Assembly (NCBI GenBank): GCA_964513345.1
Contig: CAZELY010000003.1
Coordinates: forward strand, 9,371 to 73,370
Source: an uncultured Muribaculaceae bacterium
GTDB lineage: Bacteria > Bacillota_I > Bacilli_A > RF39 > UBA660
Length of the DNA: 64,000 bases
Direction of reading: 5' to 3'
Shown: piece after piece, positions 1 through 9,244 of the stretch
Numbering within the stretch: position 1 is the first letter of the stretch
Layout: each line of letters starts with the position of its first letter
Notes under the pieces: model-generated
Databases searched by the model: none
The model's input: only the letters and a program-made list of their open reading frames with translations
Told to the model about the DNA's origin: nothing
Position numbers and translations under genes: made by a program

Positions 1-267
1 GCATATTGTTGATACTGGAGTAAATACTAAATAAAATAATGCTACCTTCATCATCGCAATCGGAATATTATTAGCAGCTCTAAAAGTAAAATTTCTATTT
101 AATGTAAAGTTCCAAACTACTGAAGCTATCAAAGCCACTAAATAATTAACCCAGTAGCCAAATGCAAAAAACTGATTTAAAAATGCAAAGACTACTATTT
201 CAATAATTCCTGCCGATATCGAAAACAACGTAAATTTTGTCATCCTAATTATTTCTTTTTTATTCAT
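1..267 (-). CDS. GtrA-family membrane protein (N-terminal part; gene runs off the left edge)
   Basis: My own minus-strand translation from the ATG at 267 gives MNKKEIIRMTKFTLFSISAGIIEIVVFAFLNQFFAFGYWVNYLVALIASVVWNFTLNRNFTFRAANNIP. The WNF-x-LNR-x-FTF pattern is typical of GtrA-like proteins. It is absent from the ORF track because it is truncated. Confidence 0.55.
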   Translation of the reverse strand, partial: MNKKEIIRMTKFTLFSISAGIIEIVVFAFLNQFFAFGYWVNYLVALIASVVWNFTLNRNFTFRAANNIPIAMMKVALFYLVFTPVSTIC

Positions 268-414
268 TGAAATTCTCCATTCATAGTGTTGCTTATACAA
301 TAATTATACAAAGTATTTAAAAAAAGGACAACATTTTTTATAAAAACTTTACACAGGAAATGTTTTCCTTGTAAAAATATAGTAATTAGTATAAAATAAT
401 AATAGGGTGATAAC

Positions 415-699
415 ATGAAAAAGAACGGATTTACACTAATAGAACTACTAGGTATTTTAGTATTACTTGGAATAATTATTTTAGTAGCTGTTCCCGCTAT
501 TATTAAATCAAACTCTACCGCTAAAACTAATGAAGGTAAAGAATTTGATCAAATAGCTAAAAATGCCTGTGAGGCATATGAAGCAGTATATGGTAAGGAT
601 GCAGCTAAAGATAAGACACTAGAAGAACTTAAAAATGCAGGTTACATACAAAAAGATTTGACTAAACCAAATGGAGCAACGTGGACTAAATGTTCTTAA
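415..699 (+). CDS. Prepilin-type N-terminal cleavage/methylation domain protein (small pseudopilin/ComGC-like)
   Basis: The N-terminus MKKNG|FTLIELLGILVLLGIII is a class III signal (G-1, F+1, E+5 plus a hydrophobic helix). It has a LKNAGYI motif and two Cys. It ends 24 nt before pgk with no terminator in between. Confidence 0.8.
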   Translation: MKKNGFTLIELLGILVLLGIIILVAVPAIIKSNSTAKTNEGKEFDQIAKNACEAYEAVYGKDAAKDKTLEELKNAGYIQKDLTKPNGATWTKCS

Positions 700-723
700 A
701 AATAATTAATAGGAGGCATACTC

Positions 724-1911
724 ATGAAAAAAACAGTACGTGATTATGATTTAAAAAATAAAAAAGTAATTATTAGGTGTGATTTAAACGTACCTATTTC
801 TAATGGGAAAATTACTGATGATAATCGTATTAGGGAAGCGTTAAAAACAATTAAATATGTAATTAGAAATAGTGGTAAAGTAATAATTTTATCACATTTA
901 GGAAGAGTAAAAACTGAAGATGATAAAAAAGATAAAAGCTTAAAAATTGTTGCCGATAGATTGTCAGAATTATTAAAAAGAAAAGTAAAATTTATCGATA
1001 AAACAAGAGGTAAAGAAGTTGAAGAAGCTATCGATAAAATGAAAAATAGGGAAGTTATTTTACTTGAAAATACGCGATTTGAAGATTTAAAAGGCGAAAA
1101 GGAAAGCAAAAACAATTCATTATTGGGTAAATACTGGGCGTCATTAGGTGATATTTTTATCAACGACGCTTTTGGAACTGCTCACAGGAAGCATGCATCT
1201 AATGTTGGTATTGCCAAACATTTACCAAACGGATTAGGTTTTTTGGTTATTAAAGAACTAAAATATTTAAATCAAACTTTAGAAAAACCAAAAAAACCTT
1301 TTGTTATTATTTTAGGTGGCGCTAAGGTAAGCGACAAAATAAAAGTCATTGATAATTTAGCAAAAAAAGCTGATTATGTATTAATTGGTGGAGCTATGGC
1401 ATTTACTTTTTTAAAGGCGGCAGGCTTCAAAGTTGGAAAATCTCCAGTTGAAAAAGACAGCCTAGAATTTTGTACTAAAATGCTTGCTAAATACGAAGAC
1501 AAAATTATTTTGCCTATTGACATTGTCACAAGTACTAGTTTAAAAGATAGTAAAGAAACTAAAAACCGATTTATTAATGAAATTGAAGAAAACGAAATTG
1601 GTTTAGATGTTGGACCAAGAACTATTAAAGTATTCAAACAATATATTGAAGATGCGAAAACAATTTTTTGGAATGGTCCACTAGGATATTTTGAATCTGA
1701 AAAATTCGCTAAAGGAACTAAAAAAGTACTAGAAATTGTTTCAAACACTAAAGCCACTACAATTATTGGTGGTGGTGACACGGCAAGTGCAGCTATTAAT
1801 CTAGGATACAAAGATAAATTTTCATTAATTTCCACGGGTGGTGGTGCAAGTTTGGAAATGCTTGAAGGAAAAGTTTTACCAGCAATCAAAGTAATTGATG
1901 AAAAAGAATAA
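724..1911 (+). CDS. pgk: Phosphoglycerate kinase
   Basis: 395 aa with RCDLNVP, NDAFGTAHR and GGGDTA motifs. AGGAGG RBS upstream. Confidence 0.95.
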   Translation: MKKTVRDYDLKNKKVIIRCDLNVPISNGKITDDNRIREALKTIKYVIRNSGKVIILSHLGRVKTEDDKKDKSLKIVADRLSELLKRKVKFIDKTRGKEVEEAIDKMKNREVILLENTRFEDLKGEKESKNNSLLGKYWASLGDIFINDAFGTAHRKHASNVGIAKHLPNGLGFLVIKELKYLNQTLEKPKKPFVIILGGAKVSDKIKVIDNLAKKADYVLIGGAMAFTFLKAAGFKVGKSPVEKDSLEFCTKMLAKYEDKIILPIDIVTSTSLKDSKETKNRFINEIEENEIGLDVGPRTIKVFKQYIEDAKTIFWNGPLGYFESEKFAKGTKKVLEIVSNTKATTIIGGGDTASAAINLGYKDKFSLISTGGGASLEMLEGKVLPAIKVIDEKE

Positions 1912-1930
1912 ACTTTAAGGAGGATTAACC

Positions 1931-3163
1931 ATGCGCATTGGAATTTTTACTGAGACGTATACCCCATATATAAGTGGATTAGTTACTAGTGAAGTAATGC
2001 TTAAAAAAGCCCTTGAAAAAAAAGGGCATGAAGTATATGTTGTGACAGCCAATTTAGAAGGTTTCCATTATGATTATGATGAAGAGGAAAAAGTTTTAAG
2101 AATTCCTGGAATTCCAACCGGTATATATGATTCTAGACTTACTAGTATTTATCCTATTAAAGCTATTAATAAAATAAAAAGTTGGAAACTAGATGTTATT
2201 CATTCACAAACTGAATTTGCGATTGGATCTTTTGCCAGATTGTTTGCTAAACAATACAATATACCAATTGTTCATACATATCATACAATGTATGAAGATT
2301 ACGTTCACTATATAACTAAAGGACATTTCAATAGATCAAGTAAAAAACTTGTAGAATATTTGACAAAATTCTATTGCGACAAGACTATTAATGAACTTAT
2401 TGTACCAACTAAAAAAGCATACAATTTGTTTAAAGAAAAATATAATGTTGAAAGAAATATTCATATTATTCCAACCGGTATTGAAGTTGAAAGATTTTAT
2501 AAAGAAAATATTAATCTTCGAAAACTAGCTGAATTAAAAAGAAAATGTAAAATTAAAGCAAATGATTTTGTCTTGATTTTTGTAGGTCGTATTGCTGAAG
2601 AAAAAAACATTCCTTTTGTTATTGATGTTGTTAGTGAACTATCTAAAACTAATAAAAATTTAAAACTATTGATAATTGGTGATGGCCCTGATAAAGAAAT
2701 ATATGAGGAATATGTAAAGCAAAAAAAGGCGACAAGCAATATTATTTTTACTGGAAAGGTCCCATGGGAAGATATTCCATTATATTATAGTCTGGGAAGC
2801 GCTTTTATTTCAGCGTCAACCACAGAAACGCAAGGACTTACTATTATTGAAGCTATGGCAGCCTCACTTCCAGCTTTATGTATTGATGATGAAAGCTTTA
2901 ATGGTACAGTTGTTGATGATTTAAATGGTTATTTATTTAAAGATGAGAAAGAATGTCGAGAATGTATTTTAAAACTACTTAAAAGTAAGAAAAAACTACT
3001 TTATTTAAGTAAGGGCGCAAGAGCGAGTGCCGAAAATCATTCATCTAAATATTTTGCTGAAAGAGTTTTAGATGTTTATAAAAAAGCCATAAGAAAAAAA
3101 GAAAAAAGTTTTTATAGCAAATTTAAAAAAAGAATTCAAAAGTTTAAATTTTGGAAAAAATAA
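1931..3163 (+). CDS. GT4 glycosyltransferase, probably a diacylglycerol alpha-glucosyltransferase (glycolipid synthase)
   Basis: The N-terminus MRIGIFTETYTPYISGLVTSEVMLKKALEKKGHEVYVVT resembles alpha-monoglucosyl-DAG synthases of Acholeplasma and Streptococcus. A GT4 E-x7-E region (TETQGLTIIEAMA) is present. Confidence 0.6.
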   Translation: MRIGIFTETYTPYISGLVTSEVMLKKALEKKGHEVYVVTANLEGFHYDYDEEEKVLRIPGIPTGIYDSRLTSIYPIKAINKIKSWKLDVIHSQTEFAIGSFARLFAKQYNIPIVHTYHTMYEDYVHYITKGHFNRSSKKLVEYLTKFYCDKTINELIVPTKKAYNLFKEKYNVERNIHIIPTGIEVERFYKENINLRKLAELKRKCKIKANDFVLIFVGRIAEEKNIPFVIDVVSELSKTNKNLKLLIIGDGPDKEIYEEYVKQKKATSNIIFTGKVPWEDIPLYYSLGSAFISASTTETQGLTIIEAMAASLPALCIDDESFNGTVVDDLNGYLFKDEKECRECILKLLKSKKKLLYLSKGARASAENHSSKYFAERVLDVYKKAIRKKEKSFYSKFKKRIQKFKFWKK

Positions 3164-3166
3164 ATA

Positions 3167-3197
3167 AGAGAAGTACTAAAATACTTCTCTTTATTTG
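3167..3197 (+). terminator. Rho-independent terminator after the GT4 gene
   Basis: AGAGAAGTA-ctaaaa-TACTTCTCT hairpin followed by a T-rich run. Confidence 0.7.
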
Positions 3198-3209
3198 TTC
3201 TTAAAAACA

Positions 3210-3216
3210 TTCGACA
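3210..3216. promoter_or_regulatory. Candidate Spo0A (0A) box upstream of spo0A
   Basis: TTCGACA is the exact reverse complement of the TGTCGAA 0A-box core. It lies about 75 nt upstream of the spo0A start. Confidence 0.4.
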
Positions 3217-3290
3217 AAATTAGCTATTATTTACTCTAGAAAATGAAAATTATGTTTTGTATAATTAAAAAAAGTAAAGGAGAATAAGAA

Positions 3291-4058
3291 ATGGAAACAA
3301 TAAATGTATTAATGATTGATGATAATGTAAACTTAATAGACATGGTTAAAGAATATTTTAAGGAAAAGAAAGGTGTTAATGTTATAAAAGAAGCCTACGA
3401 TGGAATTCAAGGACTAGAAATAATTAAAGAAAACTTAGATGAAATTGACTTAATTATTTTAGATTTGATTATGCCAAAAAAAGATGGAATTTATGTTTTA
3501 AAAGAGATGAAAAAGTTAGGAATTGATAAAAAAGTAATTGTCGCAACTAGTTATAATGCTGCCGAAGTGATTAGAGAAGTTTCAGAATATGGAGTTAATT
3601 ATTATATTTTAAAACCATTTGATTTAGAAGACTTAGAAAAAAGAATTCACGAAATAACCAACAAAAAAAATGAAAATAAAAATATTGATTTTTACAATAG
3701 TAATATTCAAGTGTCAATTACTAAAATGCTGCATGAGCTAGGTATTCCATCACATATTAAAGGGTACCAATATATTAGAGAAGCCGTCAACATTATTTTT
3801 AAAAATCCCGAAGTTATTGGCGGCATTACTAAAGAATTATACCCTGAACTAGCTACTAAATTTTCGACAACTGTATCTCGAGTTGAAAGAGCTATTAGGC
3901 ATGCCATTGAAGTTAGTTGGAATCGAGGTAATTTAGATTTTATGGAGGAATTATTTGGATATAGTGTTGATATTGATAAAGCTAAGCCAACAAATTCAGA
4001 GTTTATTGTCACTATTGCCGATAAACTAAGATTAGATTACCATAAAGTTGGCAATTAG
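3291..4058 (+). CDS. spo0A: Sporulation master response regulator Spo0A
   Basis: Receiver domain (DD at 10-11, D in [11 protein letters not shown]) plus the Spo0A-specific C-terminal domain ([23 protein letters not shown] ... [19 protein letters not shown]). Confidence 0.9.
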   Translation: METINVLMIDDNVNLIDMVKEYFKEKKGVNVIKEAYDGIQGLEIIKENLDEIDLIILDLIMPKKDGIYVLKEMKKLGIDKKVIVATSYNAAEVIREVSEYGVNYYILKPFDLEDLEKRIHEITNKKNENKNIDFYNSNIQVSITKMLHELGIPSHIKGYQYIREAVNIIFKNPEVIGGITKELYPELATKFSTTVSRVERAIRHAIEVSWNRGNLDFMEELFGYSVDIDKAKPTNSEFIVTIADKLRLDYHKVGN

Positions 4059-4113
4059 AAAGTTTATACTTTCTTTTTTTTAATTTCTATTATATAATTA
4101 TTATGGTGATACT

Positions 4114-4470
4114 ATGAAGAAAAATGGTTTTACATTAATTGAACTAGTAGGCGCAGTCGTTATTATAGCTATATTGGCATTAATCGCGTTTCCAGCCTTA
4201 GTTAGTATGTTAAATAAAGGTCAAGCTAAAATAGATAAATCAGTTAAGGAATTTGTTATGGCGGCTGTAGCGGAGTATGTTAATGATAATATTGATAGTT
4301 TAGGTACAAAACGTAGAATTGATGTAACTGCAGATTTAATAGAAAATGGGTATATTTCAACATCGTTTGCCGATAAGTACTGCGAAATCAAAAATGATTA
4401 TGTCATAATAGATTTGGGAACATCTTTAAAACAAAAATATCAGGAAGTCATGCCAGACGATAATTGTTAA
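4114..4470 (+). CDS. Prepilin-type N-terminal domain protein (pseudopilin-like)
   Basis: MKKNG|FTLIELVGAVVIIAILALIAFPAL, an LIENGYIS motif and a C-terminal Cys pair. It has its own -10 (TATAAT) and its own terminator (AAAACTATTT/AAATAGTTTTT). Confidence 0.8.
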   Translation: MKKNGFTLIELVGAVVIIAILALIAFPALVSMLNKGQAKIDKSVKEFVMAAVAEYVNDNIDSLGTKRRIDVTADLIENGYISTSFADKYCEIKNDYVIIDLGTSLKQKYQEVMPDDNC

Positions 4471-4547
4471 AAACTATTTTAAATAGTTTTTTTGTTTGCT
4501 AAAATTTATTTTTTATTATATAATACCTATCCAATGGGGGAATTAAT

Positions 4548-5024
4548 ATGAAAAATGTTCATTTTTTTGACAAAATTAAGGATGATAAATCATATAAATT
4601 AGCATTATCGACAGCCGTTCTAATAGCGGCTTTATTTCCAGTAAATGCCTATGCTTCTGAAGAACTTAGTGTAGAATATAAATATAATGGCACGCTAATT
4701 GATATGATTAATCCTACTAATTGGGATTATAATTATAACACAGCGATCATTAAAACAGCCAATACAAATATAACTATAAATAGTGAAGAGTTGGAAGCTT
4801 TAGTGGATACTGATGATGATACACTAACTATTAGTGACGGTGGAAGTACAATTACTTATAATAAGAGCGATTTAAAAAAGGAAATGATCAGTGCTAAAGA
4901 AAGTTATAATCCGAATGGCGAAAAAGTAAAAAAAATCATTTTAAATGGTGGTGTAACAATTACTTTTTTAGGAGCAACAGGATTATGTATTTACAATGAA
5001 ATGAAGGAAAGAAAAAGACGTTAG
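4548..5024 (+). CDS. Secreted protein with a C-terminal TM segment and basic tail (function unknown)
   Basis: Sec-type signal (..FPVNAYA|SEE) and a C-terminal NGGVTITFLGATGLCIY-NEMKERKRR. No LPXTG motif. Confidence 0.5.
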   Translation: MKNVHFFDKIKDDKSYKLALSTAVLIAALFPVNAYASEELSVEYKYNGTLIDMINPTNWDYNYNTAIIKTANTNITINSEELEALVDTDDDTLTISDGGSTITYNKSDLKKEMISAKESYNPNGEKVKKIILNGGVTITFLGATGLCIYNEMKERKRR

Positions 5025-5059
5025 TCTTTTTTTTATGATATAATGGTGGTGGTGATAAT

Positions 5060-6034
5060 ATGTGGAAAATTGGCAATGTTGAAATTAATAATAAAGTTGT
5101 TTTAGCGCCGATGGCTGGCATTTCAAATAGTGCGTATCGTCGTATTGTAAAAGAGATGGGCTGTGGACTAGTTGTATGTGAAATGGTTAGTGATAAAGCT
5201 ATTTTTTATGGTAGTACAAAAACCATTGACATGCTTTACATGACCGATTTTGAAAGGCCAATTTCCCAACAAATATTTGGAAGTGATTTAGAAAGTTTTA
5301 AAGTCGCTGCCAAATTTATTGAAGAAAAGATGCATCCAGATATTATTGATATTAATATGGGTTGTCCAGTTCCAAAAGTTGCGACTAGAGCACAAGCTGG
5401 AAGTGCATTATTAAAAAATCCAGAAAAAGTGTATGAAATTGTAAAGGCCGTTGCTGATACTGTGTCAGTTCCAGTAACTGTTAAAATTAGAAGTGGTTGG
5501 GATGCTAATAGTATCAACGCTGTAGAAATTGCTAAAGTATGTGAGAAAGCCGGAGCTAGTGCGATTGCTATTCATCCACGAACTCGTAGTCAAGGATATA
5601 GTGGCAAAGCCGATTGGACAATTATTAAAAAAGTGAAAGAAAGTGTGAATATTCCAGTCATTGGCAATGGGGACATCAAAAATCCAATAGATGCCAAAAG
5701 AATGATAGATGAAACGGGTTGCGATGCTGTAATGATAGGAAGAGCAGCGATTGGGAACCCTTGGTTGATACGTGATACTATTGAATATCTAGAAAATGAA
5801 ACTATTTTAGAAAAGCCAAGTTATAGTGAAATAATTGAAATGATAAAAAAACATTTAAATTATTTATTGGAAACTAAGAAAGAAAATATTGCGGTTAAAG
5901 AAATGAGAACTCATATCAGCTATTATTTAAAAGGAATGCCAAAAAGCAGTGAAGTCAAAGAAAAAGTTTTTAAAGTAACAACTAAAGATGAATTATTTAG
6001 CATTTTAGATGACTATTTACAAAAATTATCATAA
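5060..6034 (+). CDS. dusB: tRNA-dihydrouridine synthase
   Basis: LAPMAGISNSAYR, the INMGCP catalytic Cys region and MIGRAAIGNPW. Confidence 0.9.
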   Translation: MWKIGNVEINNKVVLAPMAGISNSAYRRIVKEMGCGLVVCEMVSDKAIFYGSTKTIDMLYMTDFERPISQQIFGSDLESFKVAAKFIEEKMHPDIIDINMGCPVPKVATRAQAGSALLKNPEKVYEIVKAVADTVSVPVTVKIRSGWDANSINAVEIAKVCEKAGASAIAIHPRTRSQGYSGKADWTIIKKVKESVNIPVIGNGDIKNPIDAKRMIDETGCDAVMIGRAAIGNPWLIRDTIEYLENETILEKPSYSEIIEMIKKHLNYLLETKKENIAVKEMRTHISYYLKGMPKSSEVKEKVFKVTTKDELFSILDDYLQKLS

Positions 6035-6087
6035 ATTTTTAATTTGTGGTACAATGAATATAGATATATATTAGATAGGGGCATGTT

Positions 6088-6615
6088 ATGAAGTTATATG
6101 TAGTTAGACATGGCGAGACACTTGCAAATCTTGAAGAAAGAGTTAGTGGTAGTAAAGAAAGCCCACTTACTTCTAAAGGGATCATGCAAGCAAAAAAATT
6201 AGGTGAGGAATTAAAAGATATATCATTTGATAGAGTTTTTTCGTCACCACTTTTGAGGACCATTGATACTGCTAGATTGATTACAAAAAAAACGGTAATT
6301 ATTGATGAAAGATTAATTGAAAGAGATTATGGTGACAACGAAGGTAAATTAAAGATCGAAACTAATCCCAATGAATTATGGGATTATAATTTAAACGTTG
6401 AAACTGGTGGCTGCGAAAAAGTCCATGATATTTTAAACAGGGCCAAAGACTTTATAAGTGACTTAAAAGAAAACTATCCTGATGAAACACTTTTGGTTGT
6501 TACGCACAGTGGTGTCGCAAGAGCAATTTATTATTCTTTGCATAAAATTCCTAAGGATGGAAATTTAAGAAAGATTGAGCTACCTAATTGTGGCTATCAA
6601 ATTTATGAATTATAG
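6088..6615 (+). CDS. Histidine phosphatase (phosphoglycerate-mutase-like) family protein
   Basis: The RHGET motif at the N-terminus (MKLYVVRHGETLAN) and a later THSGV histidine. Confidence 0.8.
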   Translation: MKLYVVRHGETLANLEERVSGSKESPLTSKGIMQAKKLGEELKDISFDRVFSSPLLRTIDTARLITKKTVIIDERLIERDYGDNEGKLKIETNPNELWDYNLNVETGGCEKVHDILNRAKDFISDLKENYPDETLLVVTHSGVARAIYYSLHKIPKDGNLRKIELPNCGYQIYEL

Positions 6616-6623
6616 GTGATAAT

Positions 6624-7577
6624 ATGAGCATATATGGACAAATATACAAAGAAATAAAAAATGCTGATACCATTGTTTTGGCTCGGCATATTGGGCCTGA
6701 TCCCGATGCTTTAGGCAGTACATTAGGCCTAAAAGAAGTAATTTTAAATACTTTCCCTAATAAAAAAGTATATGTTGTTGGGGCGCCTGCTAGTAAATTT
6801 AAATATTTAGGTGAATTAGATAAATTTAACAGTGATATGTACAATGGGCTTTTAATAGTTTTAGATACACCTGATGCGAAAAGAGTGGATGGCGTTGATG
6901 TTAAAAGATTTAATAAATCTATTAAAATAGATCATCATCCATTTATCGAAAAAATGTGTGATATCGAATGGATTGATGATTCGGCTTCATCAGCGGCGCA
7001 AATGATTATCGAACTTACTTATTATACTAAATTAAAGCTTTCAGATAGTGCTGCATTTAAACTTTATGCGGGGTTAGTATCTGATACAAATAGATTTCTA
7101 TTCAAATATTCAACTAATAAAACTTTTTATTTAGTTAGTTATTTATTACAAGAAACAAAATTAGATATTACGGAAGTGTATGAAAAATTATATTTAAGAC
7201 CATATTCTGAAATTAAATTCCATGGCTTTTTAGAACAGAATTTTAAATTTAGTGAAAATGGTGTTGGTTATATTATTATTTCAGAGGAAGATTTAAAAAA
7301 ATATAATATGGATGTAGCCACTTCTGGTAATATGATTAATGATTTTAATTACATAAATGAAATGCTAGTATGGGTAACATTTTCATATGACAAAGATGCT
7401 AAAAATTATCGGACATCAATTAGATCTAGAGGGCCAATTATAAATGACGTTGCTTCAGAGTTTGGTGGCGGCGGTCATATTTATGCATCTGGGGCTAAGG
7501 TTACTTCAAAAGAAGAAATTGACAAATTAATTAATGCACTGGATATAAAAGTTCAAAAATATTTAGAAAACAAATAA
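6624..7577 (+). CDS. nrnA: DHH/DHHA1 phosphoesterase (NrnA-type oligoribonuclease/pAp phosphatase)
   Basis: ARHIGPDPDALGS, a DHH-family layout and the GGGH motif (FGGGGHIYASG). Confidence 0.8.
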   Translation: MSIYGQIYKEIKNADTIVLARHIGPDPDALGSTLGLKEVILNTFPNKKVYVVGAPASKFKYLGELDKFNSDMYNGLLIVLDTPDAKRVDGVDVKRFNKSIKIDHHPFIEKMCDIEWIDDSASSAAQMIIELTYYTKLKLSDSAAFKLYAGLVSDTNRFLFKYSTNKTFYLVSYLLQETKLDITEVYEKLYLRPYSEIKFHGFLEQNFKFSENGVGYIIISEEDLKKYNMDVATSGNMINDFNYINEMLVWVTFSYDKDAKNYRTSIRSRGPIINDVASEFGGGGHIYASGAKVTSKEEIDKLINALDIKVQKYLENK

Positions 7578-7631
7578 ACATCTTTTGATGTTTTTTTTTA
7601 ATATTTTTGGTATAATTATAATGGTGGTAAG

Positions 7632-8246
7632 ATGGATTTATGGGCCTATGAAAAGGAATTGTTTGATCAAGGTATTAATATCATCGGAGGAACTGATGAA
7701 GCTGGCAGGGGGCCATTATTTGGGCCGGTTGTCGCAGCATGTGTCGTCTTACCGAAAGATTTTGTTTTAGAAGGTCTTACAGATTCAAAAAAACTATCTG
7801 AAAAGAAACGAAATATATTTTATGATTACATTATTAATAATAGTATTTGGGCTGTAGGAATTATTGAGCCAGAAGAAATCGACAGAATTAATATTTATGA
7901 AGCTAGTAGAAAAGCGATGATTAAAGCAATTAAAAAAGTTCAAAAACAAATTGACTTAGAGTATGTTTTATCAGATGCGATGCCAATAAATATTGATATT
8001 CCAGTCAAATCGATTATTAAAGGTGATGCCAAAAGTATAAGCATTGCAGCTGCTTCAGTAATTGCCAAAGTAACTAGAGACAGTATACTTTATGAAATCG
8101 ATAAAAAATATCCACAATATGGATTTGCCAATCACAAAGGTTATCCAACAAAAAAACATTTGGAAGCTTTAGAAAAGTATGGTTTAATTGATGGCTATCG
8201 TAAAACGTATGGACCGGTTAAAAAAATATTGGAGATGGTAAAATGA
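7632..8246 (+). CDS. rnhB: Ribonuclease HII
   Basis: GTDEAGRGPLFGPVVAA and KGDAKSISIAAASVIAKV. Confidence 0.9.
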   Translation: MDLWAYEKELFDQGINIIGGTDEAGRGPLFGPVVAACVVLPKDFVLEGLTDSKKLSEKKRNIFYDYIINNSIWAVGIIEPEEIDRINIYEASRKAMIKAIKKVQKQIDLEYVLSDAMPINIDIPVKSIIKGDAKSISIAAASVIAKVTRDSILYEIDKKYPQYGFANHKGYPTKKHLEALEKYGLIDGYRKTYGPVKKILEMVK

Positions 8247-8461
8247 TTATTAGAAGTGGTAATGAACCAGAGTTAAAAGGGACAGTCTTAAGAGGGTTTA
8301 ATCGTAAACCAGCGGATATTAAAGAGCAAATAGATAGAACGTTTATTCAAATGGAAGAATATAAAAATAGACAAAATAATATTGTAAAAGATCAACCTAA
8401 AATGTTTGATCCGAATAAACAACGCGAAATCATGAACAAAATGAATAGACTTAATAAGTAG
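8243..8461 (+). CDS. Small basic hypothetical protein, translationally coupled to rnhB (ATGA overlap)
   Basis: 72-aa ORF whose start overlaps the rnhB stop. No motif recognised. Confidence 0.4.
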   Translation: MIIRSGNEPELKGTVLRGFNRKPADIKEQIDRTFIQMEEYKNRQNNIVKDQPKMFDPNKQREIMNKMNRLNK

Positions 8462-8516
8462 TATTTATTTTTTAAAATTAAAATGTTATAATGAAAAAAA
8501 GGTAGGAGGCTTATTT

Positions 8517-9209
8517 ATGCTAATGGAAGGAACTGGACTTTATATTGGTCTACTTATTTTAATAATATTTATTGTTTATGCAACTTCTAAAATATGCTTA
8601 GGGAGTTTACTTAAAAGGGCTAAATTACCAGCCTGGAAAGGTTATGTACCAATTTATTCTACATATGTATTAGTAGATTTATTAGAAATGAAAAAATCTA
8701 TTTTCTTCTTAACATTGATTCCAATTTTAAATTTGTATTTTTATAATTTAATTATGGCTAAATTTTTAGAAGGATTTTCCCTAGATTCAAAAGATTCTAT
8801 ATGGTATCTTATAATTCCTATGTACAAATTTCCAGAATTGGTGTTTAGAAAACCGAAATTTACTTTGAATGCATATGATTTAACTGAAGAGTTTGTCAGC
8901 AACCAAAAAGCTTTATTTGATAAGCCTATAGAAGAAAAAGAACCAGTTAATATTGACAATAATCAAAATGCAAATAATTTTGAAAATAATTTGGTCGATA
9001 CTGAACCTAATATTTATGAAACTACAATTACCGAAGAAGAGAAACATCAAACCACATATGTTGAAGCTCCTAAAGAAGAAGAAAAGAAAGAAGAAAAACC
9101 AATTATTCAACCACTTGATGATGGAAGGTTAAAGTTATGTCCTAAATGTAATACTAAATTAACTGCCGGCGCTGAAACATGCTTCATGTGCGGTTACCAT
9201 TTTGACTGA
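8517..9209 (+). CDS. Membrane protein (DUF5684-like N-terminus) with a C-terminal zinc ribbon
   Basis: The AKLPAWKGYVPIYSTYVLVDL pattern, a low-complexity E/K/N linker, and CPKCNTKL..CFMCGYHF. Confidence 0.5.
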   Translation: MLMEGTGLYIGLLILIIFIVYATSKICLGSLLKRAKLPAWKGYVPIYSTYVLVDLLEMKKSIFFLTLIPILNLYFYNLIMAKFLEGFSLDSKDSIWYLIIPMYKFPELVFRKPKFTLNAYDLTEEFVSNQKALFDKPIEEKEPVNIDNNQNANNFENNLVDTEPNIYETTITEEEKHQTTYVEAPKEEEKKEEKPIIQPLDDGRLKLCPKCNTKLTAGAETCFMCGYHFD

Positions 9210-9244
9210 CAGATGTCAGTTTTTTCCTATAAGGAGGCGATAAA

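Noticed and set aside
744-1889. Antisense ORFs nested inside pgk (744-1163, 1374-1889). There are many similar 60-170-aa ORFs opposite or overlapping well-supported genes, for example 2497-2739, 3707-4012, 5236-5517, 12249-12533, 25795-26163, 29528-29881, 47953-48282 and 58762-59070.
   Set aside because: Each lies wholly inside a gene with clear family motifs, has no RBS, and has a Ser/Leu/Ile/Phe-rich low-complexity composition typical of the reverse frame of AT-rich coding DNA.
7585-7770. 61-aa ORF overlapping the rnhB start.
   Set aside because: It starts inside the nrnA terminator region, is out of frame with rnhB, is hydrophobic low-complexity sequence, and has no RBS.
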